NCBI GenBank assembly: GCA_014800895.1
Contig: JAAVFG010000008.1
Coordinates: 19,635 to 83,634 of the forward strand
Length of the DNA: 64,000 bases
Direction of reading: 5' to 3'
From: Bacteroidales bacterium
GTDB lineage: Bacteria; Bacteroidota; Bacteroidia; Bacteroidales; Muribaculaceae
Shown here: in pieces, positions 48,814 to 59,822 of the stretch
Layout of the letters: the number at the start of each line of letters is the position of its first letter
How positions within the stretch are numbered: the first letter of the stretch is position 1
Notes under the pieces: model-generated
What the model was told of the DNA's origin: nothing
Database searches by the model: none
Seen by the model: only the letters and a program-made list of their open reading frames with translations
Program-made: the position numbers and the translations under genes

Positions 48814-48926
48814 TTTCAGATGAAGCAAAAGGATTTCAGATGAAGTAAAAGGATTTCAAATGAAGCAAAAGAATTTCAGATGAAGTAAAAGAATTTCAGA
48901 TGAAGTAAAAGAATTTCAGATGAAGC
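48814..48926. repeat. Tandem array of ~6 x 20-bp units (TTTCAGATGAAG[C/T]AAAAG[G/A]A)
   Basis: Units at 48814, 48834, 48854, 48874, 48894 and 48914. The array ends ~33 nt before the cysK ATG. Confidence 0.9.
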
Positions 48927-48959
48927 TGGATCTTTTCAAGTAAAAATAAATTATTTCTT

Positions 48960-49904
48960 ATGAAAATAGCAGAAAATCTTACCCAGTTGATCGGAAACAC
49001 TCCATTATTGGAAGTGAAAAGGATAGAGGAGAGCGAAGGCTTGAAAGCCCGTGTACTTGTGAAAATTGAATACTTCAATCCGGGAGGAAGCGTGAAAGAC
49101 CGTGTCGCGCTTGCGATGATTGAAGATGCGGAGAAAAAAGATATTCTTAAACCGGGAGGCTTGATCATCGAGCCGACGAGTGGCAATACCGGTATCGGTC
49201 TTGCGTGGGTAGCCTCCGTAAAAGGATATAAATTAATCTTGACTATGCCGGAGACAATGAGCGAAGAGAGGAAGAATCTCCTCCGGGCGTTGGGAGCGAC
49301 TTTAGTCCTTACCCCGGGAGCGGCAGGTATGAAGGGCGCGATAGCTAAAGCTGAGGAACTGAAGGCTGAGAATCCCGGTTCAATTATACTGCAGCAGTTT
49401 GAGAATCCTGCCAATCCGGCGATGCATGTACGCACAACAGGTCAGGAGATATGGCGCGATACAGACGGCGATGTTGATATCTTTGTAGCGGGCGTAGGCA
49501 CGGGAGGTACAATCAGTGGAGTGGCTGAAGCATTGAAGGCGCATAAGCCGGAGGTCAGGGTAGTGGCTGTAGAGCCGGAATCCTCAGATGTGATATCCGG
49601 AGGAAAGCCCGGACCACATAAGATTATGGGAATCGGAGCCGGTTTTATTCCCGGTAACTATCACTCTGATATGATAGATGAAGTAGTGAGGATTTCGGAT
49701 GATGATGCCATAAGATATTCCCGATTGATGGCACGGAAAGAGGGTCTGCTTGTCGGTATATCATCCGGAGCTGCCTTAGCGGCTGCTATCCGGGAGGCAA
49801 AGAAGAAGGAGAATGAAGGCAAGACTATTGTGGCATTGCTACCTGATACAGGCGAGAGATACCTCTCCACGCTTCTCTATGCCTTTGATGAATACCCACT
49901 CTAA
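48960..49904 (+). CDS. cysK: Cysteine synthase A (O-acetylserine sulfhydrylase)
   Basis: IGNTPL, NPGGSVKDR (PLP Lys), EPTSGNTGIG, QQFENPAN, GVGTGGT, HKIMGIGAGF, PDTGERYLST. Confidence 0.96.
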   Translation: MKIAENLTQLIGNTPLLEVKRIEESEGLKARVLVKIEYFNPGGSVKDRVALAMIEDAEKKDILKPGGLIIEPTSGNTGIGLAWVASVKGYKLILTMPETMSEERKNLLRALGATLVLTPGAAGMKGAIAKAEELKAENPGSIILQQFENPANPAMHVRTTGQEIWRDTDGDVDIFVAGVGTGGTISGVAEALKAHKPEVRVVAVEPESSDVISGGKPGPHKIMGIGAGFIPGNYHSDMIDEVVRISDDDAIRYSRLMARKEGLLVGISSGAALAAAIREAKKKENEGKTIVALLPDTGERYLSTLLYAFDEYPL

Positions 49905-49955
49905 TTTTAAGACTTCGTGAGGAAAGGAGTATCATCATGATTTATTTAAAATCAG

Positions 49956-49990
49956 TTCGGGTCGGATTTTCATTCCGACCCGAATCTTTT
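49956..49990 (+). terminator. Terminator after cysK
   Basis: TTCGGGTCGGA-TTTTCAT-TCCGACCCGAA followed by TCTTTT. Confidence 0.75.
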
Positions 49991-50153
49991 GCATATAAAT
50001 TGGGCCGAATCTTTTATAATGAATCCTCTCGATTATTTATAGAAAGACCGCGACGATTTTTTTCTATAATAGAGAAAAGTTGGAAAAAAGAAAGCAAAAA
50101 GAATAAAAGGCTAAAAATTTGACAAAAAATTTTTTAAAAATAGAAAAAATACG

Positions 50154-50161
50154 TAACTTTG
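50154..50161 (+). promoter_or_regulatory. -7 promoter element of the leu operon
   Basis: TAACTTTG ~75 nt upstream of leuA. Confidence 0.6.
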
Positions 50162-50234
50162 CAACTCATATACAGGTCAAAATAGGAAACAAAAAAGTCT
50201 GTTTACGACATATAATTGTAAAAAAATAAGGTTC

Positions 50235-51731
50235 ATGAGTGATAGATTGTACATTTTCGACACCACGCTTCGCGATGGCGAGCAGGTGCCGGGGTGCCAG
50301 CTCAACACAGTAGAGAAGATTCAGGTTGCCCGTCAGCTTGAGGCTTTAGGTGTGGATGTCATTGAAGCCGGCTTTCCGGTTTCAAGTCCCGGCGATTTCA
50401 ATTCCGTAATAGAGATTTCCAAGGCAGTGACATGGCCCACGATATGTGCACTAACTCGTGCGGTAGAGAAGGATATTGAGGTAGCAGCCGAAGCTTTGAA
50501 ATATGCAAAGCGTAAGCGTATACATACCGGCATCGGCACATCCGACTCACATATTAAATATAAATTCAAATCCAACAGAGAGGAGATAATCGAGCGTGCG
50601 GTGGCAGCTGTGAAGTATGCCCGTCGTTTCGTGGATGACGTGGAATTTTATGCAGAGGATGCAGGACGTACAGACAACGAATATCTTGCACGTGTGGTGG
50701 AGGCAGTGATCGCTGCGGGAGCGACCGTTATAAATCTTCCTGATACTACGGGCTATTGCCTTCCCTCGGAATATGGGGCTAAGATCAAATATATCATGGA
50801 GCATGTGGATAATGTGGACAAGGCTATCCTTTCTACTCACTGTCACAATGATCTCGGCATGGCGACCGCCAATACCATCTCCGGTGTGCTTAACGGCGCA
50901 CGTCAGGTGGAGGTGACCATCAACGGTATCGGCGAACGAGCCGGCAATACTTCTCTGGAGGAGGTGGCGATGGTGTTCAAATGCCATAAGGATCTTGATA
51001 TAATCACCAATATCAATACTCAGAAGATATTCCCCACAAGCCGGATGGTATCAAGCCTGATGAACATGCCCGTGCAGCCCAACAAGGCTATCGTAGGTAG
51101 AAATGCGTTCGCTCATTCCTCCGGTATCCATCAGGATGGAGTGCTGAAGAATGTGCAGACCTATGAGATTATTGATCCGCATGATGTCGGAATAGATGAC
51201 AATTCCATTGTGCTTACCGCCCGAAGCGGACGAGCCGCCCTCAAGAGCCGTCTTACAGCTCTCGGCATTGAGCTCTCGCAGGAGAAACTCGATAAGATCT
51301 ATCAGGACTTCCTTAAGCTTGCGGACAAGAAGAAAGATATCAATGATGATGATATCCTTCTGCTTGCAGGGGAGGAGAGAAAGAATAATCATCGTATCAA
51401 ACTGGAATATCTTCAGGTCACAAGCGGTGTCGGCATCCGTCCCGTAGCGAGCATAGGACTCAATATCGCCGGCGAGAGTTTTGAGGACTCCGCGAGCGGT
51501 AACGGTCCGGTGGATGCAGCTATCAACGCCCTCAAGAGAATCATCCATCGTAAGATGACGCTTAAGGAATTTACCATTCAGGCAATCAATAAAGGAAGCG
51601 ATGATGTAGGTAAAGTCCACATGCAGGTGGAGTATGACGGTCATGCATATTATGGCTTCGGTGCCAATACGGATATCGTGGCGGCATCAGTGGAGGCTTA
51701 TATCGACTGTATAAATAAATTCAATATCTGA
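50235..51731 (+). CDS. leuA: 2-isopropylmalate synthase
   Basis: [42 protein letters not shown]-terminal regulatory domain. Confidence 0.96.
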   Translation: MSDRLYIFDTTLRDGEQVPGCQLNTVEKIQVARQLEALGVDVIEAGFPVSSPGDFNSVIEISKAVTWPTICALTRAVEKDIEVAAEALKYAKRKRIHTGIGTSDSHIKYKFKSNREEIIERAVAAVKYARRFVDDVEFYAEDAGRTDNEYLARVVEAVIAAGATVINLPDTTGYCLPSEYGAKIKYIMEHVDNVDKAILSTHCHNDLGMATANTISGVLNGARQVEVTINGIGERAGNTSLEEVAMVFKCHKDLDIITNINTQKIFPTSRMVSSLMNMPVQPNKAIVGRNAFAHSSGIHQDGVLKNVQTYEIIDPHDVGIDDNSIVLTARSGRAALKSRLTALGIELSQEKLDKIYQDFLKLADKKKDINDDDILLLAGEERKNNHRIKLEYLQVTSGVGIRPVASIGLNIAGESFEDSASGNGPVDAAINALKRIIHRKMTLKEFTIQAINKGSDDVGKVHMQVEYDGHAYYGFGANTDIVAASVEAYIDCINKFNI

Positions 51732-51818
51732 CCTTATCTTTCCGGCAGGTAGGAAAGATAAGAATGCCGGAGTTGAAGCGGAATAGGGAAGTAAAAAAGA
51801 GAAAAATAGGAAAGTATA

Positions 51819-53210
51819 ATGAATACCTTGTTTGATAAAATCTGGGACTCGCATGTAGTCCAGAATGTAACGGATGGTCCCACACAGTTATATATCGACC
51901 GTCTCTACTGCCATGAGGTGACCTCACCCCAGGCATTTGATGGTCTCCGAGCCAGAGGAATAAAATGTTTCCGACCGGAGAAAATATTCTGTATGCCCGA
52001 CCATAACACCCCGACTCATGATCAGGATAAGGAGATTGAGGATGAGGTGAGCCGTACGCAGGTAGATACATTGGCACGCAATGCGGAGGAGTTCGGACTG
52101 GCACATTTCGGGATGTTGAATCCCAAGAACGGTATCATTCACGTGGTAGGACCCGAGCGAGGTCTCTCCCTTCCCGGCATGACTATCGTGTGTGGCGATT
52201 CGCATACCTCCACACATGGCGCGATGGGAGCGGTAGCATTCGGTATCGGCACATCTGAGGTGGAGATGGTGATGGCATCACAGTGTATTCTCCAGCAGAA
52301 GCCGAAATCAATGCGCATCAATGTAGAGGGTAAGCTTCGTCCCGGCGTGACAGCCAAGGATATGGCACTTTATCTTATGTCAAAACTCACCACTTCCGGC
52401 GCGACAGGCTACTTTATCGAGTATGCAGGCGAGGCGGTGCGCGATCTTTCAATGGAGGGACGCCTGACACTCTGTAACCTCTCGATAGAGATGGGCGCCC
52501 GCGGAGGATTTATCGCTCCCGATGAGAAGACATTCGAATACATCAAAGGTAGGGAATATGCCCCCAAAGGAGAAGAGTGGGATAAGGCAGTGGAATACTG
52601 GAAGACTCTCAAGAGCGGCGATGACGCGGTTTTTGACAAGGAACTGACCTTTAATGCCGAGGAGATAGAACCGATGGTGACATACGGCACAAACCCCGGT
52701 ATGGGTATGGGTATACATGACTCAATCCCTGAGCTTGACACAATTCCCGAAGAGGGAAGAGAGTCATATCTCAAGAGCCTTGAGTATATGGGCTTCAAGC
52801 CGGGACAAAAGCTTCTCGGCACTCCCGTAGACTATGTATTCTTAGGCGCATGCACCAACGGACGAAGCGAAGACTTCTATGCATTCGCTTCATTAGTAAA
52901 CGGAAGAAAGAAACATCCCGATGTGACAGCATGGCTCGTGCCCGGATCATGGATGGTATATGAGCAGCTTGAGAAGGAGGGATTGATAAAATTCTTCGAA
53001 AAGGCAGGATTTGAGATCCGCCAGCCCGGTTGCTCGGCATGTCTCGCTATGAACGATGACAAGATCCCTGCAGGAAAATTAGCCGTATCCACTTCCAATC
53101 GTAACTTCGAGGGACGCCAGGGACCAGGCGCGCGCACCATCCTCGCTTCGCCCCTTACTGCAGCCGCAGCGGCAGTGACAGGAGTAATCACAGATCCAAG
53201 AACCCTCTAA
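51819..53210 (+). CDS. leuC: 3-isopropylmalate dehydratase large subunit
   Basis: [49 protein letters not shown]. Confidence 0.97.
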   Translation: MNTLFDKIWDSHVVQNVTDGPTQLYIDRLYCHEVTSPQAFDGLRARGIKCFRPEKIFCMPDHNTPTHDQDKEIEDEVSRTQVDTLARNAEEFGLAHFGMLNPKNGIIHVVGPERGLSLPGMTIVCGDSHTSTHGAMGAVAFGIGTSEVEMVMASQCILQQKPKSMRINVEGKLRPGVTAKDMALYLMSKLTTSGATGYFIEYAGEAVRDLSMEGRLTLCNLSIEMGARGGFIAPDEKTFEYIKGREYAPKGEEWDKAVEYWKTLKSGDDAVFDKELTFNAEEIEPMVTYGTNPGMGMGIHDSIPELDTIPEEGRESYLKSLEYMGFKPGQKLLGTPVDYVFLGACTNGRSEDFYAFASLVNGRKKHPDVTAWLVPGSWMVYEQLEKEGLIKFFEKAGFEIRQPGCSACLAMNDDKIPAGKLAVSTSNRNFEGRQGPGARTILASPLTAAAAAVTGVITDPRTL

Positions 53211-53222
53211 AAGAAAAACACG

Positions 53223-53813
53223 ATGAAACAGAAATTCAATATAATCCGCAGCCGTTGTGTGCCACTCCCTCTGGAGAATGTAGATACTGACCAGATCATA
53301 CCCGCACGTTTCCTAAAAGCCACTACCCGAGAGGAGAAATTCTTCGGTGAGAATCTTTTCCGCGATTGGCGATATAATCCTGATGGAAGCATCAACAAGG
53401 AGTTTGTGCTCAATGATCCGACATATTCAGGTGAGATTCTTGTAGCGGGAAAGAACTTCGGTAGCGGTTCAAGCCGCGAGCATGCTGCCTGGGCTATCGC
53501 CGGATATGGCTTCAGAGTGGTGATCTCATCCTTCTTTGCGGATATTCATAAGAATAACGAACTGAATAACTTTGTGCTTCCGGTAGTGGTGAGCGAAGGA
53601 TTTTTGGCAGAGCTCTTTGAAAGCATCAAGCAGAATCCGGCAATGGAGGTAGAGGTCAATCTTCCCGAGCAGACGGTCACTAACACCGCGACCGGAAAAA
53701 GCGAGAAATTTGAAATCAACGGATACAAGAAATATTGTCTGATGAATGCCCTTGACGATATCGATTTTCTGCTTGAGAACAAGGAGAAGACCGAAGCGTT
53801 CGAGAAAGCATAA
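53223..53813 (+). CDS. leuD: 3-isopropylmalate dehydratase small subunit
   Basis: NVDTDQIIPARFL, NFGSGSSREHA, SSFFADI. Confidence 0.97.
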   Translation: MKQKFNIIRSRCVPLPLENVDTDQIIPARFLKATTREEKFFGENLFRDWRYNPDGSINKEFVLNDPTYSGEILVAGKNFGSGSSREHAAWAIAGYGFRVVISSFFADIHKNNELNNFVLPVVVSEGFLAELFESIKQNPAMEVEVNLPEQTVTNTATGKSEKFEINGYKKYCLMNALDDIDFLLENKEKTEAFEKA

Positions 53814-53860
53814 GTAAGTATTAAGCCTTCGAGAAAGAAAAAATTCGAGAAAGCGTAAAT

Positions 53861-55396
53861 ATGAAGCATATAGAGATAATGGACACCACTCTTCGCGATG
53901 GCGAGCAGACGAGTGGTGTCAGTTTCGTACCTCAGGAGAAGCTGATGATAGCGCGTGCCTTGATACAGGATCTTAATGTTGATCGTATCGAGGTTGCATC
54001 GGCGCGTGTGTCTGAAGGGGAGAAGGAAGCAGTGTCGCGTATATGCCGATGGGCGGAGCAGGCAGGTTATCTTGACAGAATAGAGGTATTGGGTTTTGTG
54101 GACGACGGCACTTCGCTCAACTGGATAAAAGATTGCGGCGCACGCACGATCAATCTTTTATGCAAAGGATCGGAGAATCATTGCCGCAACCAGCTTAAGA
54201 AAACACCCGAAGAGCATTTTGAAGATATCAAGCGTAATATCAGGATGGCGCATGATATGGGAATCTCAGTCAATGTCTATCTTGAAGACTGGAGCAACGG
54301 AGTGAAAAATTCGCCGTCTTACGTCAACAAGATGATAGAGAGCCTGAAAGATTGCGGTATAAAACGGTTTATGCTTCCTGATACATTAGGTATCCTCCAG
54401 CCGTTGGAGTTGCTGATGATAATGCGTAAGACGACCCGGCGCTATCCCGATCTTCATTTCGACTTCCATGCCCATAATGATTATGACCTTGCCATATCAA
54501 ATGTATTGGCGGCAGTGTTAGGAGGATGCGATGGTATCCATACCGCGGTCAATGGACTTGGAGAGAGAGCGGGAAATGCACCTTTGGCAAGTGTGCAGGC
54601 TATCCTGAAGGATATGTTCAATGCAGGCACAAATATTGTTGAAAACCAGTTGAACAATGTCAGCAGGCTTGTGGAGAATTATTCCGGTATTCCAATTCCT
54701 CCAAACCGCCCCATCACCGGCGACAGTGTGTTCACTCAAGTGGCAGGCGTACATGCGGATGGCGATGGGAAAGCGAAACTTTACTATAATGACCTTCTTC
54801 CCGAGCGATTCGGGCGCAAGAGAGAATATGCGCTTGGAAAGACGAGCGGTAAAGCCAATATCCTCAGGAATCTTGAGGAGCTTGGACTGGAACTGACTCC
54901 GGAGCAGACCCGACTTGTCACAGCTCGTATCATTGAATTGGGAGACAAGAAGGAGGTGGTGACTCAGGAGGATCTTCCTTATATCGTGGGGGATGTGCTG
55001 AATAATGCTGTCGAGGAGGAGAATGTGGTGCTGATCAGCTATATGGTAGCGAATGCCTACGGTCTTGATCCGCATGCCTCCATAAAATTGAAGATAAACG
55101 GGGAGATATATGAGGGAAGTGCGTCCGGCAGCGGACAGTTCGATGCTTTCATGCGCGCCCTGAAGAAAATCTACCGCGACAGGCTTGACAGAAGATTCCC
55201 TCATCTATCCAATTATTCAGTAAGTATTCCTCCCGGAGGACGCACTGATGCTTTGGTGCAGACCATCATCACCTGGCTATGGGAAGAGAAAACCTATCGT
55301 ACGCGCGGACTTGATGCCGATCAGACAGAGGCGGCGATCAAGGCGACTATCAAGATGCTTAACATAATGGAGAGCAATAAAAAAGAAAAAAATTAA
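53861..55396 (+). CDS. cimA: Citramalate synthase (LeuA-family paralog)
   Basis: [38 protein letters not shown]. Second LeuA-fold gene at the typical Bacteroidetes position between leuD and leuB. Confidence 0.82.
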   Translation: MKHIEIMDTTLRDGEQTSGVSFVPQEKLMIARALIQDLNVDRIEVASARVSEGEKEAVSRICRWAEQAGYLDRIEVLGFVDDGTSLNWIKDCGARTINLLCKGSENHCRNQLKKTPEEHFEDIKRNIRMAHDMGISVNVYLEDWSNGVKNSPSYVNKMIESLKDCGIKRFMLPDTLGILQPLELLMIMRKTTRRYPDLHFDFHAHNDYDLAISNVLAAVLGGCDGIHTAVNGLGERAGNAPLASVQAILKDMFNAGTNIVENQLNNVSRLVENYSGIPIPPNRPITGDSVFTQVAGVHADGDGKAKLYYNDLLPERFGRKREYALGKTSGKANILRNLEELGLELTPEQTRLVTARIIELGDKKEVVTQEDLPYIVGDVLNNAVEEENVVLISYMVANAYGLDPHASIKLKINGEIYEGSASGSGQFDAFMRALKKIYRDRLDRRFPHLSNYSVSIPPGGRTDALVQTIITWLWEEKTYRTRGLDADQTEAAIKATIKMLNIMESNKKEKN

Positions 55397-55408
55397 AAAT
55401 ATTAATAT

Positions 55409-56470
55409 ATGGATTTTAAAATAGCTGTGCTTCCGGGCGACGGTATCGGACCGGAGATATCTGCGGTAGGAGTGGATGTGATGACTGCCGTGTGTGAGAA
55501 ATTCGGGCATAAGGTAAGTTATGAGTATGCCATTTGCGGTGCGGATGCGATCGATAAGGTAGGCGATCCCTTCCCCGAAGAGACCTACGAAATCTGCAAG
55601 AATGCGGACGCAGTGCTTTTCTCAGCAGTCGGCGATCCTAAATTCGATAACGATCCGACAGCAAAGGTAAGACCCGAACAGGGACTTCTTGCCATGCGTA
55701 AGAAATTGGGACTTTTCGCCAACATCCGACCGGTCCAGACTTTCAGCTGTCTTATCCATAAATCTCCGCTTCGTTCGGAACTCGTGGAAGGTGCTGACTT
55801 CGTATGCATCCGTGAGCTTACCGGAGGAATGTATTTCGGTGAGAAATATCAGGATGATGAAAAGGCATATGATACCAACTACTATACACGCAAAGAAATC
55901 GAGCGTATTCTCAAGGTAGGCTTCGAGTATGCCATGAAACGACGCAAACACCTCACAGTGGTGGATAAGGCGAATGTGCTTGCATCAAGCCGCCTATGGA
56001 GGAAGATTGCTCAGGAGATGGCTCCATCATATCCGGAGGTAGAGACAGATTACATGTTTGTGGACAATGCTGCGATGAAGATGATCACAGAGCCGAAATT
56101 CTTCGATGTAATGGTGACAGAGAACACCTTCGGGGATATCCTTACCGATGAAGGATCCGTAATCTCCGGCTCAATGGGACTTCTTCCCTCGGCATCAACA
56201 GGAGAGAGCACACCGGTATTTGAGCCTATCCATGGGTCATGGCCACAGGCAAAGGGCTTGAATATAGCTAATCCTCTGGCACAGGTATTGTCAGTAGCTA
56301 TGCTTTTTGAATATTTCGATCTAAAGGAGGAGGGCAAACTTATCCGCGACGCGGTGGATGCCTCTCTTGATGCGAATGTCCGCACTCCCGAGATTCAGGT
56401 TGCCGGCGGAGAGAAGTACGGCACAAAAGAGATCGGCGAGTGGCTTGTAGAATGGATACGTAAGAACTGA
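55409..56470 (+). CDS. leuB: 3-isopropylmalate dehydrogenase
   Basis: [51 protein letters not shown]. Confidence 0.97.
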   Translation: MDFKIAVLPGDGIGPEISAVGVDVMTAVCEKFGHKVSYEYAICGADAIDKVGDPFPEETYEICKNADAVLFSAVGDPKFDNDPTAKVRPEQGLLAMRKKLGLFANIRPVQTFSCLIHKSPLRSELVEGADFVCIRELTGGMYFGEKYQDDEKAYDTNYYTRKEIERILKVGFEYAMKRRKHLTVVDKANVLASSRLWRKIAQEMAPSYPEVETDYMFVDNAAMKMITEPKFFDVMVTENTFGDILTDEGSVISGSMGLLPSASTGESTPVFEPIHGSWPQAKGLNIANPLAQVLSVAMLFEYFDLKEEGKLIRDAVDASLDANVRTPEIQVAGGEKYGTKEIGEWLVEWIRKN

Positions 56471-56548
56471 TCATCACTTGATTGGTAATGCTTACATTCA
56501 AGTGGGAGAGGGTCAAGCCTTCTCACTAATAATTAAGATAATGTAATT

Positions 56549-56575
56549 ATTCCCGGCTTCGGTCGGGAATTTTTT
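56549..56575 (+). terminator. Terminator after leuB
   Basis: ATTCCCGG-CTTCG-GTCGGGAAT followed by a T-run. Confidence 0.7.
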
Positions 56576-56657
56576 ATTTAAGGCTGTAAATAATTTGCTA
56601 CAGTGATGGAATAGTATTAATTTTGTGTTTCTAAAAAGAAGGTTTAAAAGAATTGAG

Positions 56658-58154
56658 ATGGTATTCTCTGATTTGTTTTTTATATTTGTATTTATCCCTG
56701 CTTTTGTCTTGGTCTATCTGGTTGCGGCATGGCTTGACAAGAAAGTGCTGTTACGTCATAAGGAGGGTGTGATTGTGTTTGATGAAGATCCCCGAAAATC
56801 AGGAATTAGCCGCGCCGGTTTTCTATGCAGAAATATCGCGTTGGTGATATTCTCACTCCTATTTTACGCATGGGGAGAGCCCGTGTATATCTTCCTGATG
56901 ATCATATGTGTAATTATCAACTATTTCTGCGGACTTGCGATAGCGGCGGTAAAAAACAAGGGAAGGAAAGTGTGGCTCGTCATTGGATTGGTTCTCAATC
57001 TGTGTATTCTCGGCACATTCAAATACCTTGGATTTTTCAATGATATACTTTCATCATTGGGATTCAATCTAAATGCTCCGAAGCTGGCACTCCCGATTGG
57101 TATATCATTCTATATATTCCAATCCATCTCCTATCTGGTGGATGTGTATAGAAAAGAGAGCCCGGTGCAGAGGAATTTCCTCAATCTTCTTCTCTATATA
57201 TCTATGTTCCCACAGCTTATAGCCGGACCGATCGTCAGATATGGAACAGTTGCTGAAGAAATCAATAATCGCCATGTCACAGCCAATGACTTTATGGACG
57301 GTGCTTATCGCTTCTTTATCGGCTTGGGAAAGAAAGTCGGGATAGCCAATATCCTCTCGGAGATAGCCGATCAGTTTCTTGCCAATGGTATCGAGGATCT
57401 TTCCATATGGGGGGCGTGGATCGGCATAGCGGCATTCACCTTGCAGATATATTTTGATTTCTCCGGATATTCAGATATGGCAATAGGAATGGGGCGTGCG
57501 ATGGGATTCCATTTTAATGAGAATTTCAATCATCCATATTGCTGCACATCAATCACAGACTTCTGGCGACGCTGGCATATGTCGTTAGGCTCCTTCTTCC
57601 GTGATTATACTTATATACCGATGGGAGGAAACCGCCGTCATCAGATACTGAACCTCCTTACGGTATGGTTTCTCACCGGAATGTGGCATGGAGCAAGTTG
57701 GAATTTCATAATATGGGGTCTCTATTTCGGCTTGATTCTTATTATTGAGAAATATGCCATCCTGAAAGCTGCGAAATGGCTTCCCTCTATCCTTATGAGA
57801 ATTTATTCCTTATGTGTTGTAGTGATCGGATGGGCAATATTCTATTTTGATAATTTCGACCATCTGAAACTATGGTTTAGCTCCGCTTTCGGACAGCGAG
57901 AACTTGCGTTCAGTATAGTCGAGGAGACAGCCTTGACCGATAATTTCTGGCTATGGGTAGTCGCATTGATTTTCTGCATCCCCTTGCGCAGATGGGTGGA
58001 AGGACTATTCATAAAGATATTGCCCGAGCATAGCGCAGGCGGAAATTACATAGATGCCACTCTCAAGGCATGCGCTTCTGTGATAATCCTTGTGCTCTGT
58101 GTGGCTCTTCTTGTGGGAGCGACTAATAACGCATTCATATATACACGCTTTTAA
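56658..58154 (+). CDS. MBOAT-family O-acyltransferase (AlgI/DltB-like)
   Basis: MVFSDLFF start, LPIGISFYIFQSISY, FPQLIAGPIVRY, YFDFSGYSDMAIG, FWRRWHMSL, TGMWHGA (catalytic His). Confidence 0.93.
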   Translation: MVFSDLFFIFVFIPAFVLVYLVAAWLDKKVLLRHKEGVIVFDEDPRKSGISRAGFLCRNIALVIFSLLFYAWGEPVYIFLMIICVIINYFCGLAIAAVKNKGRKVWLVIGLVLNLCILGTFKYLGFFNDILSSLGFNLNAPKLALPIGISFYIFQSISYLVDVYRKESPVQRNFLNLLLYISMFPQLIAGPIVRYGTVAEEINNRHVTANDFMDGAYRFFIGLGKKVGIANILSEIADQFLANGIEDLSIWGAWIGIAAFTLQIYFDFSGYSDMAIGMGRAMGFHFNENFNHPYCCTSITDFWRRWHMSLGSFFRDYTYIPMGGNRRHQILNLLTVWFLTGMWHGASWNFIIWGLYFGLILIIEKYAILKAAKWLPSILMRIYSLCVVVIGWAIFYFDNFDHLKLWFSSAFGQRELAFSIVEETALTDNFWLWVVALIFCIPLRRWVEGLFIKILPEHSAGGNYIDATLKACASVIILVLCVALLVGATNNAFIYTRF

Positions 58155-58157
58155 AAT

Positions 58158-59822
58158 ATGACACCTGCAAAATTATATATCTGGATAGTATCATTAGCAT
58201 TTGTTGCCCTGGCAGGTGTGATATTGCTGATGCCCCGCAGTGAGTATTCCGAGCTGGAGAAACGCGAATTAGCGGAGCTGCCGGAAATGACCGAAGAAGG
58301 GGTGAAGGATGGAAGCTACATGAAGGCGCTTTCTGCATGGTTTAGCGATACGGAGCCATACAGAGATGAGTTTATGGCAGCCAGCATGAAAGTGCGTGAT
58401 GCCATCCGTTACTCCTTTTCATCTGATGAAGAGACAATATCCTTTCATAAAGGAGACGCAGAATCCGACAAAGAAGAGCCCAAGGCTGATGCGACAACAG
58501 AGGAACTGGAGGAATATGAGAATAAGCTGACTGCCGATGAGAATGCCAAGATCGGTAGCCACGGAATCATTATCATCGGGAGCGGTCCGAATGTAAGGGC
58601 ATTGAATGCATTCGGAGGTGCGGCAACTGGAGGAATCGAATTCGCAAATGTTGTAAATGAATATCAGAAAGAGATGCCGCAGACGCAGGTCTATGCAATG
58701 GTTATACCACTCTCTTCGGAATTCTATACTCCCGATAAAGCAAAGAAAATCACCAGGCCTCAGCAGCCGTTCATAAAAAATATCTATAGTCATCTTGAAC
58801 ATGGTGCAAAGGGAGTGCCGGCATATAATGCTTTGGCAGAACATGTTAAAGAGGATATATATCTGCGTACCGACCATCACTGGGCTCCATTGGGCGCATA
58901 TTATGCCGCTCAAGCCTTTGCCAAGAGTGCCGGAGTACCGTTCAGGGATCTTTCAGCCTATGATAAAAAGGTAATACATGGATATGTAGGCTCAATGTAT
59001 GGTTTCTCCAACGATATCGCGGTGAAGAATGCACCCGAGGATTTCGTTTATTATACACCGAATGCCGTGGATTATACCACCACCTACTGGGTCTATGACG
59101 TGAATAAGAATTATCAGGTCACACGGGAACGTGCCCCGTATGATGGGAATTTTTTCGCTCATTATGCTGACGGAAGTGCTGCTGCATATTCTACGTTTAT
59201 GGGTGGAGATCAGAAGCTTACCCGGGTAAAGACCGGTACTAAGAATGGCAGAAAACTGATAATTATTAAGGATAGTTATGGAAATGCCCTCCCGGGATAT
59301 CTTTTCTATTCGTTCGAGGAGGTGCATGTGATAGATTTCCGTTATTTCACACGAAACATGAAGAAATATGTCAGGGATAACGGTATCACTGATATCGTCT
59401 TCTGTTTGAATGTCTTCAATGCTTACTCGTCAGGCGCTTCAAAGAAAATTTCCAAATTCCTGCATCAGGGAAATGGAGCTTCACCTTCTCTTGATGCAAA
59501 AGATGAGAGAAGAGGGGACTCAGCTGATAGGAGAGAGGAGAAAAAAACGGATAAATCTATGCCTTCCGAGTCTAAACCCGAGACAAAGGAGGAGAGAAAA
59601 ACAGATAGGAGAGAAGAGAGAAGAGAGGATAGAAAGGAAGAGAAGAAGGAAACAAAGAAAGATGAAAAGTCTTCACTTCCCGATGCAAAACAGGAGAAAA
59701 AAGGGGATATCAAGACAGAACCGGTCAAGACTGTTTCTACTACTAATACGGACCCGAGCTTAAACGCAGGCGGAGGAATGTCAGGAAACGGATCCGGATC
59801 CTCCTCAACCGATTCTGATTGA
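58158..59822 (+). CDS. DHHW-family (AlgJ/AlgX-like) periplasmic protein with charged low-complexity tail
   Basis: N-terminal TM, YSELEKRELA, YLRTDHHWAPLGAY, IKDSYGN. Directly downstream of the MBOAT gene. Confidence 0.88.
   Translation: MTPAKLYIWIVSLAFVALAGVILLMPRSEYSELEKRELAELPEMTEEGVKDGSYMKALSAWFSDTEPYRDEFMAASMKVRDAIRYSFSSDEETISFHKGDAESDKEEPKADATTEELEEYENKLTADENAKIGSHGIIIIGSGPNVRALNAFGGAATGGIEFANVVNEYQKEMPQTQVYAMVIPLSSEFYTPDKAKKITRPQQPFIKNIYSHLEHGAKGVPAYNALAEHVKEDIYLRTDHHWAPLGAYYAAQAFAKSAGVPFRDLSAYDKKVIHGYVGSMYGFSNDIAVKNAPEDFVYYTPNAVDYTTTYWVYDVNKNYQVTRERAPYDGNFFAHYADGSAAAYSTFMGGDQKLTRVKTGTKNGRKLIIIKDSYGNALPGYLFYSFEEVHVIDFRYFTRNMKKYVRDNGITDIVFCLNVFNAYSSGASKKISKFLHQGNGASPSLDAKDERRGDSADRREEKKTDKSMPSESKPETKEERKTDRREERREDRKEEKKETKKDEKSSLPDAKQEKKGDIKTEPVKTVSTTNTDPSLNAGGGMSGNGSGSSSTDSD

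Noticed and set aside
48531-48926. CRISPR arrays or plasmid iterons
   Set aside because: There are no spacers, and no rep, cas or partition gene is nearby. The arrays do not maintain a reading frame either.
49937-50122. 61-aa ORF after cysK
   Set aside because: It runs through the cysK terminator and low-complexity A-rich DNA and has no recognisable features.
50161-50234. Leucine attenuator leader peptide
   Set aside because: There is no ATG-initiated Leu-rich mini-ORF and no terminator between the -7 box and leuA.
59480-59720. Purine-rich GAGAA/GAAAG repeats
   Set aside because: They are explained by the K/E/R-rich low-complexity tail of the DHHW protein.
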